From Candidatus Omnitrophota bacterium (GTDB taxonomy: Bacteria > Omnitrophota > Gorgyraeia > Zapsychrales > Aceulaceae), in assembly GCA_029564765.1 (NCBI GenBank), contig JAKQPK010000050.1, forward strand, positions 146,977 through 210,976: a DNA stretch of 64,000 nucleotides. The letters are read 5' to 3'. The number at the start of each line of letters is the position of its first letter. The stretch's first letter is position 1. The notes beneath the pieces were generated by a model. It worked only from the letters and a program-made list of their open reading frames with translations, did not search any database and was not told the DNA's origin. Below, piece after piece: positions 57,848 through 64,000 of the stretch. Both the position numbers and the translations under genes were made by a program.

Positions 57848-58846
57848 TTAAGGAACTTCAACAGCTTCAAAGATACGCTTAATGATATCCTCTGGTGTTT
57901 TTTCTTCCGCCTCGGCCTCATAGGTCGGGATAACCCTGTGCCGTAGGACGTCCATGCCGATGGATTTCACGTCTTGCGGCGTAACATATCCACGGCCTTG
58001 TAGAAAAGCATAGGCTTTAGAGGCCACCGCTAGATAGATCGTCGCGCGCGGTGATGCTCCATATTGGATCAGGCCTTTGAGGTCTGCCAACTGATAATCC
58101 GCAGGCTTACGGGTTGCCTCAACAAGATCAACAATATAATGCTCGATCTTTTCATCCATGTAGGTCTCGTCAACAACATGACGCAAACGTATAATGTCTT
58201 GCGGAGTGATCATCTTCTTGATATCAAATGATTTTTCTGTAAAAGACATGCGCTTAAGGATCTTTAATTCTTCATCCTTGGACGGATACTGTATCTTGAC
58301 CTTCAACATGAAACGGTCCACCTGAGCTTCCGGCAAAGGATACGTCCCTTCCTGCTCGATCGGATTTTGCGTCGCGAGGACCAAAAAAGGATCATCGAGC
58401 TTCAACGTTTCCTCTCCGATAGTCACCTGACGCTCCTGCATGGCTTCCAGCAGCGCGCTTTGGGCCTTAGCAGGGGCTCGATTGATCTCATCAGCAAGAA
58501 TGATGTTCGCGAACACAGGGCCTTTCTTGATCGAAAAAGTAGAAGTTTTTGGTTCATAAATAACCGTGCCGGTAAGGTCGGCCGGTAACATATCTGGAGT
58601 GAACTGAACACGGTGAAATTTAGCCTGAATGATCTGGGCAAGGACCTTGATCGCTGTTGTCTTGGCCAGACCAGGAACACCTTCGATCAAAATATGTCCA
58701 TTCGCTAACAGACCGACCAGCAATCGGTCGAGCAAATACCTCTGGCCAACGATCACTTTTTGCATTTCAAACAAAATGCCTTCAATGAACGCGCCTTCTT
58801 TTTTAGCTTTCTCATTGAGAAGAGTAATATCGTTATGCTCCGTCAT
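57848..58846 (-). CDS. moxR: MoxR-family AAA+ ATPase
   Basis: Walker A GVPGLAKT, Walker B ILADEINR; 332 aa. Confidence 0.9.
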   Translation of the reverse strand: MTEHNDITLLNEKAKKEGAFIEGILFEMQKVIVGQRYLLDRLLVGLLANGHILIEGVPGLAKTTAIKVLAQIIQAKFHRVQFTPDMLPADLTGTVIYEPKTSTFSIKKGPVFANIILADEINRAPAKAQSALLEAMQERQVTIGEETLKLDDPFLVLATQNPIEQEGTYPLPEAQVDRFMLKVKIQYPSKDEELKILKRMSFTEKSFDIKKMITPQDIIRLRHVVDETYMDEKIEHYIVDLVEATRKPADYQLADLKGLIQYGASPRATIYLAVASKAYAFLQGRGYVTPQDVKSIGMDVLRHRVIPTYEAEAEEKTPEDIIKRIFEAVEVP

Positions 58847-58861
58847 AACTTCCTCCCGTTT

Positions 58862-59671
58862 TTATTGATAAACACGAACGTAATCGATTTCCATCCGCTG
58901 CGGAAAAATGCTATCGTCGATCCCTCGCCGCCCACCCCAAGACCCTCCGACAGCAACATTCATCAACAAATAAAATTCCTTATTAAAAGGCCAGTAACGC
59001 CAGCTATTTTTGCGCTGGGCCACAGTAAAATACTTCTTTCCATCAATAAAGAAATCGATCCTTTTAGGATACCATTCGATCGCGTAGACATGAAACTCCT
59101 GCTCTGCGTCAGCAACAGTGATCGTCCGTGTTTCCGGTTTACCATTACGAAAATTATGCTGAAATGTGTGCACCGATCCGGTCACTTCTCCCGGAGCGTA
59201 CCCCACATATTCCATGATGTCGATCTCACCGCTATCAGGCCAATAATTCTTTCCATAATTCCACTTGTCTGGAAGCATCCAGATCGCGGGCCAAATGCCG
59301 CGCCCTGAAGGAAGCTTGGCGCGCACTTCAAAGCGGCCATAAAGCCACTGCGCACGTCCTTTTGTCTTAAGGCGCGCGGAAGTATATTGTCTTCTGCCGG
59401 AACCATCACGTCGCGCTTCAATGATCAGATTGCCATTCTCGACACGCGCGTTCTCTGGCCGAGCATTTGTATAGCACTGCGCTTCATTATTCCCCCAACC
59501 CGTGCACCCTTCATCGTAATCCCATTTCTTTGAATCAGGAGCCCCGGTGTAATCAAACTCATCCGACCACACAAGCTTCCATTCTTTATTTCCTTCTTGG
59601 GCCAAAGATCGAACGGATAGAACGCTTGCCAAAACCAAGATAGCGACAAAAATAATACGCACTATTCTCAT
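58862..59671 (-). CDS. Secreted GH16-family beta-1,3(-1,4)-glucanase (laminarinase-like)
   Basis: Signal peptide; catalytic EIDIME (ExDxxE) motif; WPAIWMLP. Confidence 0.85.
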   Translation of the reverse strand: MRIVRIIFVAILVLASVLSVRSLAQEGNKEWKLVWSDEFDYTGAPDSKKWDYDEGCTGWGNNEAQCYTNARPENARVENGNLIIEARRDGSGRRQYTSARLKTKGRAQWLYGRFEVRAKLPSGRGIWPAIWMLPDKWNYGKNYWPDSGEIDIMEYVGYAPGEVTGSVHTFQHNFRNGKPETRTITVADAEQEFHVYAIEWYPKRIDFFIDGKKYFTVAQRKNSWRYWPFNKEFYLLMNVAVGGSWGGRRGIDDSIFPQRMEIDYVRVYQ

Positions 59672-59692
59672 AGACCTCTCCCTTGCGATGGG

Positions 59693-62600
59693 TTAAAAGA
59701 AAATATCCATTCTTTTCATCATTCCAGCGCGAGCCTTTTGCGCAAGATCTTCACCTAAAATAGACCCCTTGATCTCTGTCTTCTTGCCTGCAACGTTTGT
59801 GCATACGATCGTCTTGATGACAGCCTTGGAATCAAAAGTATTAACCTTTCTAGGATTATGATAGACGACCAACGTGGAATTCATAAAGTTGAATGCGTAT
59901 GTTTGGGCCGGCAGCCTAACATCTTCCCAGCGGCCATTCCTTCCTAAGATACGAACACTAGTTTCTTTCCGTGAAAACAAGTCCTTTGATAAGATCGGCT
60001 TAAATGCCAATTGAAGTTTCCCATCGCCATCCAATGAGAAAGGGCTCAGGCCCATGTTCATAGTCAACCAAATATGAACAAATTCCGCTGTTGATCCGCT
60101 AAGGCGAGCCACATAACCGCGGCCATGAATTTCAGGGTTTTCATGAGCACTACTCACAACAAAAGACGAATTTTCCAGGATACTCCTGCCGTATGTTTCA
60201 GGATCCAAGAAAGGAACAAGCGTATGAGGCAAATTCTCGTAAAACTCATCATAAAGACCGCACCGCAAGAGCTCCAGAAGAAACTTATATTCCATATGGA
60301 TCCAAATGGACTGATTTTCAAGCCATCCCGCTGGAAATATACGCGCTCGACCGATCTCTGAACTTTCATTCGAAAGGTCTGTATTCACTCGATACATCTT
60401 AAGCTTTTTATCAAAAAGCTCACTACGGCGAACCGCCTGATAGAGAGCCCTTGCTTTCGAAGGATCTTTTTCTACGCGTAACGCATGAACAAAGCCTTCC
60501 AAGAAAAGAGGCAAGTCATGGCGTTCAAACTTTTTTGGCATCAAGAACGGCAAACCCTGATCATTATTAACGCCCGTTTCTCGATAATCAACGATCTTAT
60601 GATAAAAATAGGTCGCCACGCATCCCTTGCTATCCGTAGCAAGCTTGATACCTGCGTCTACCTTTTCAATAATAAGGCGCAAGAATTTCCTGATATCCTG
60701 AACGGACATCTTGAACTCAGCCCCATTAATACCTTTTGTGACCAAGGAACGGTATGTTTCTTTAGCCTGATTGGACTTCTCCCAATAACCAAGCAATGAC
60801 CGCTCAGTTTGCAGGATATTAATTAAAGCAGAAACAAAAAAATGAAGCTCTTCAAAGATCTCGACAGTCGTTGCGTCGCTCAGCCCCAACGCGCTGAATG
60901 ATTCCAAAAGGAAAAGGCAAGAACGCTTCAATTCGATCGCCTCATTGATAGAAGAACCGAGAAGCCCCGGCAAGCCATTAAGGGCATCATACCAATTAGG
61001 CTTATCCGCCTCCATTTCAATGCCAACGCCTGAAGGATCCAGAGAGGCAGCTTTATTAGCGATCAGACACAAAAACTTTGTGAGCAGATGTGTCGTGTAC
61101 ACATCGCCTTGGCCCTCCTGAACGCGAAGCTTGTTATCCTTTCTCGCCTTTAAGGCGTCAGTAGAAATTTTGACGACAGAACGATACTGTCGCGGCCCAC
61201 GGGTCGTTAAGATATACCGCTTATCGCGAGGCAAAACAGAATAAGTATTATGGTAAAACGTGAAGATCTTTTTCTCGAAAAGGATCTCCTTTAGGCGCTC
61301 TGGGTAAACCCCCAAAAAGCTCTGAACAAGATCCAGATTATACGTCCAATGATCCGTCCAAAAACCCTCGCCATGCTCAGCTAATTCAAAAGCTGTACAG
61401 CAGGCCAATACTTTCAGTAGAAAATCTTTTGGCGTTATCAAAAGACGGATGTCTTTTTCAAAAATGGCTTTTAGAATAAGCCCTGGGAAAAACTCTTTTG
61501 AGAGCAGCTCTTTAACGGTTGCCCTGTCATCTTTATCAACATACGCGCGTACAAGATCATCAATCTTTTTGGGATCAGAAAAACGAAAGGCGGTCCCTTG
61601 CACGATCAAAGGATTGTATCCATCCGCCTGGATCAGATTAAAAAAATTGATCACGCTTCCCTCATTCAAGTCGCGATTGAACCAAATATCATTACGCCGA
61701 TTTTGGTTCACATCCCGATAATTACCGTTCCCTTGAGAGAGGAATGTTGGGTTCAAAATAAAATAGTTGTAATCCCGCTCCGGATCGCCGTGCTTTCGGC
61801 TAAAAACATTAAAAACAGCTTTTCCTTTTTCTGTCTTGAAAGATAGCGGGAGCCCTCCGCGCAAAACATTGTCAACAAATGTCTGTCCGGCATAAAGATT
61901 AAATTCACGGCAAGCACTATGGGTGAACATGTAGTTCTGGATCTCCGACAGGATCTCTTGGCTGCGTTCACGTTTGACCTTTAAATATTCCCCTTGCACA
62001 CTACGCTTGACGATACGGTTCAACTGTGACTTACTGTGAATATGGCCGATCAATGAGGTGATCGTGTGCGACTCTCCAGACAAAGACGTAAACTTTGCAT
62101 GCGCCATGGCCGAGGGTGTTTGGTTGCGGGTTTTTTGATCTTTCGGGACCTTAAAATCATCTTTCAAGAATAACTTCGGATAGCAAAAATCAGTTGTCGC
62201 TCCAAAAACGCATGATGGCTGAACGATAGGGTCCAATAACTTTGGCTTACCCCCATCCTTTTCAAAAGCAAAATAAAAATTCCCCTCGTTGATGTTCTCG
62301 ACATAAGGTTTATCCGAAACAATGACTTCTAAATTATAATAAGGAGCCTTATTCTCACAATTAGAAACCTTGATCCAGGCTTCTACGGTCCGGGAGATAT
62401 CCTTTAAAAGCCTGTCATTAAACCCATAAGGGATGATCGCCGGCATACCATCGACCACTTCCATGGGGTAAGCTGTCTTTGTCATATTCTTGATCGTAAC
62501 CTTACGGATCAGCGCGGCATACTGCTCTTCCGGTAGCGTCGTATAGTTTACCTCAACGGCAAGCCCTAATGTATGATTGATCTCTTCGATCGTCAGGTCA

Positions 62601-62959
62601 TGCCCCGAAATAGCCATACGCTGAGAGACCTTAAAACGGGTGTTACAAAGATTATCCTGAAAAGGCTCATAAAAGAATGTCTTAGCGCCTTTCTTTATTT
62701 TAATGAAAGTTCGGAATCCATGCAGCGACGTATAGCGATAGGCCTTGTTGGCCGGTTGAAATTCCATGATCGCCTTGTCCTTACTTTCAATACCAAAGCT
62801 TGAGATGCATTGGCCGCGGTTGACATAAAACACCCACATCGGGATCCCCCACGCGCCTGCAACACCAGGAAAAAAATTAGTGAAGATCTTGGCGTTATTG
62901 TAGTCCTCAATTACAAAACGGTTCTTGTCATCCAAATAATACCGTGCAGCTTGCGTCAT
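59693..62959 (-). CDS. Large (1088 aa) GH94-like glycoside phosphorylase family protein; candidate beta-1,3-glucan (laminaridextrin) phosphorylase of the GH149/GH161 type
   Basis: N-terminus YYLDDKNRFVIED resembles the cellobiose-phosphorylase N-terminal F-DD..REYVIT motif. Size and GH16 neighbour fit the >1000-aa beta-1,3-glucan phosphorylases. No signal peptide. Confidence 0.6.
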   Translation of the reverse strand: MTQAARYYLDDKNRFVIEDYNNAKIFTNFFPGVAGAWGIPMWVFYVNRGQCISSFGIESKDKAIMEFQPANKAYRYTSLHGFRTFIKIKKGAKTFFYEPFQDNLCNTRFKVSQRMAISGHDLTIEEINHTLGLAVEVNYTTLPEEQYAALIRKVTIKNMTKTAYPMEVVDGMPAIIPYGFNDRLLKDISRTVEAWIKVSNCENKAPYYNLEVIVSDKPYVENINEGNFYFAFEKDGGKPKLLDPIVQPSCVFGATTDFCYPKLFLKDDFKVPKDQKTRNQTPSAMAHAKFTSLSGESHTITSLIGHIHSKSQLNRIVKRSVQGEYLKVKRERSQEILSEIQNYMFTHSACREFNLYAGQTFVDNVLRGGLPLSFKTEKGKAVFNVFSRKHGDPERDYNYFILNPTFLSQGNGNYRDVNQNRRNDIWFNRDLNEGSVINFFNLIQADGYNPLIVQGTAFRFSDPKKIDDLVRAYVDKDDRATVKELLSKEFFPGLILKAIFEKDIRLLITPKDFLLKVLACCTAFELAEHGEGFWTDHWTYNLDLVQSFLGVYPERLKEILFEKKIFTFYHNTYSVLPRDKRYILTTRGPRQYRSVVKISTDALKARKDNKLRVQEGQGDVYTTHLLTKFLCLIANKAASLDPSGVGIEMEADKPNWYDALNGLPGLLGSSINEAIELKRSCLFLLESFSALGLSDATTVEIFEELHFFVSALINILQTERSLLGYWEKSNQAKETYRSLVTKGINGAEFKMSVQDIRKFLRLIIEKVDAGIKLATDSKGCVATYFYHKIVDYRETGVNNDQGLPFLMPKKFERHDLPLFLEGFVHALRVEKDPSKARALYQAVRRSELFDKKLKMYRVNTDLSNESSEIGRARIFPAGWLENQSIWIHMEYKFLLELLRCGLYDEFYENLPHTLVPFLDPETYGRSILENSSFVVSSAHENPEIHGRGYVARLSGSTAEFVHIWLTMNMGLSPFSLDGDGKLQLAFKPILSKDLFSRKETSVRILGRNGRWEDVRLPAQTYAFNFMNSTLVVYHNPRKVNTFDSKAVIKTIVCTNVAGKKTEIKGSILGEDLAQKARAGMMKRMDIFF

Positions 62960-62987
62960 GATCTTCCTTTCGTAAAGTCAAGTAAGA

Positions 62988-63770
62988 TTAATATGGATTT
63001 ACGGGCTTACGGAAAAGATTATAATACCCGAACAGCTTAACAAAAACGTTCCAATACACATTATCTTTATTGCCAAAGCGTATACGCTTAAGCTCATAGA
63101 GATCCTCATTGAACCGGGTGTATCCTCGGTTCGTTGTGCACGCTGACAGATATCCAGCTTCTTCGGCCAACGCCTTGCTGTCTTCATTAAAACCACCGAT
63201 AGGATAGGAAAAGTGGTGGATCGTATGGCCTAAGCGGCTTTCAATAAATTCTTTACTGCCGATGATCTCTTTTCGTTGCTGATCCCTCGTCAGATCCGGC
63301 AAATAAGGATGTGTCAATGTATGGCTACCAAAATCGATACCTGAGAACTCCATCTCCTTGATCTGATCCCAAGTCAAATAATTCTCATGTTCGATCAAAG
63401 ACGCAACGATAAAGATCGTCGCTGGAAAACCATATTTCTTCAAGATAGGAAACGCGTGGTGATAGTTGTCCGCGTAGCCATCATCAAAGGTGATGACAAC
63501 ACTGTTGTGAGGTAAAGAACTTTTTTCGCGGATCGCGCGGGCAAGATCTGTAAGGCTAATGACGTTGAATTTATGCCGCTTTAAGAAAGCCATTTGATAT
63601 TCAAAATTCTTGTTGCTGACGCTGTTCAAGGCGCCTTTTCGCTCCGATGGTTCCGCATTGTGGTACATGATGATGGGGACGGTGTACTTGCCGTAGAATT
63701 CCACACCGTAGGTCGCGGCAATAACTCCGATAAAAATCAAAATGATAACAACGCGCTGAAATCTTTTCAT
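62988..63770 (-). CDS. Polysaccharide deacetylase (CE4/NodB homology) with N-terminal TM anchor
   Basis: TFDDGY (Asp-Asp metal motif), HTLTHP His motif; 260 aa. Confidence 0.85.
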   Translation of the reverse strand: MKRFQRVVIILIFIGVIAATYGVEFYGKYTVPIIMYHNAEPSERKGALNSVSNKNFEYQMAFLKRHKFNVISLTDLARAIREKSSLPHNSVVITFDDGYADNYHHAFPILKKYGFPATIFIVASLIEHENYLTWDQIKEMEFSGIDFGSHTLTHPYLPDLTRDQQRKEIIGSKEFIESRLGHTIHHFSYPIGGFNEDSKALAEEAGYLSACTTNRGYTRFNEDLYELKRIRFGNKDNVYWNVFVKLFGYYNLFRKPVNPY

Positions 63771-63787
63771 AAGTAATATTTTTTATT

Positions 63788-64000
63788 TTACAACGATGAG
63801 AGGGCCTGTCGAACAAGATCGCTAATGATCTTATTGTCAGCACGTCCTTCAAATTTAGCAACAACGGCCTTCATGACCGACCCCATGTCTTTCATGCTTT
63901 TCGCGCCGGTCTCATGAACAGCCTGACCAACGGCATCCGCGATCTCCTGTGCAGAGGCCTGCTGAGGTAAATAGTTCTGCAAAATAACCATTTCTGCTTT
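63788..64000 (-). CDS. GatB/YqeY-domain protein, C-terminal part (gene continues past the window end)
   Basis: NYLPQQASAQEIADAVGQAV...GAKSMKDMGSVMKAV...GRADNKIISDLVRQAL matches the YqeY C-terminal half. Confidence 0.6.
   Translation of the reverse strand, partial: KAEMVILQNYLPQQASAQEIADAVGQAVHETGAKSMKDMGSVMKAVVAKFEGRADNKIISDLVRQALSSL

Noticed and set aside
1-64000. CRISPR arrays, restriction-modification, toxin-antitoxin or other defence islands
   Set aside because: Reading both strands I saw no short direct-repeat arrays, no cas, methyltransferase or nuclease signatures, and no small paired ORFs in TA-like arrangement. The only intergenic gaps above 100 bp are AT-rich promoter regions.

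Overview
This is a dense, almost entirely minus-strand block of a Gram-negative chromosome at roughly 45% GC. Many neighbouring genes overlap by ATGA-type 1-4 nt. The organism cannot be named from the sequence. It has LPS genes, a regulatory PTS, a Bat aerotolerance operon and lysine-rich proteins, which would fit a Spirochaete, PVC or candidate-phylum lineage, but that is a guess. The centrepiece is a roughly 17 kb colinear LPS super-operon at 7.7-25.6 kb. In transcription order it runs kdtA, lpxK, an LpxL-type acyltransferase fused to a GT-B-like domain, a GT4-GT9 fusion, GT4, three GT9 heptosyltransferases, PilZ, a transglutaminase-like protein, hldE (kinase domain only), kdsB, kdsA, kdsD, kdsC, a two-repeat LptC/LptA-like protein and lptB. 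A second LPS module sits at 45.7-49.7 kb: an msbA-like exporter diverging from a gnnA-like Gfo/Idh/MocA oxidoreductase and lpxB. The rest of the window holds housekeeping and amino-acid biosynthesis genes, a regulatory PTS cluster with a membrane-anchored YvcK homologue, three tRNAs, a complete Bat operon, and a putative beta-1,3-glucan utilisation set (a secreted GH16, a 1088-aa GH94-like phosphorylase and a CE4 deacetylase). I found no CRISPR array, no recognisable phage or IS element and no known defence genes. The most unusual things are the domain fusions and the non-LPS genes embedded in the LPS operon.
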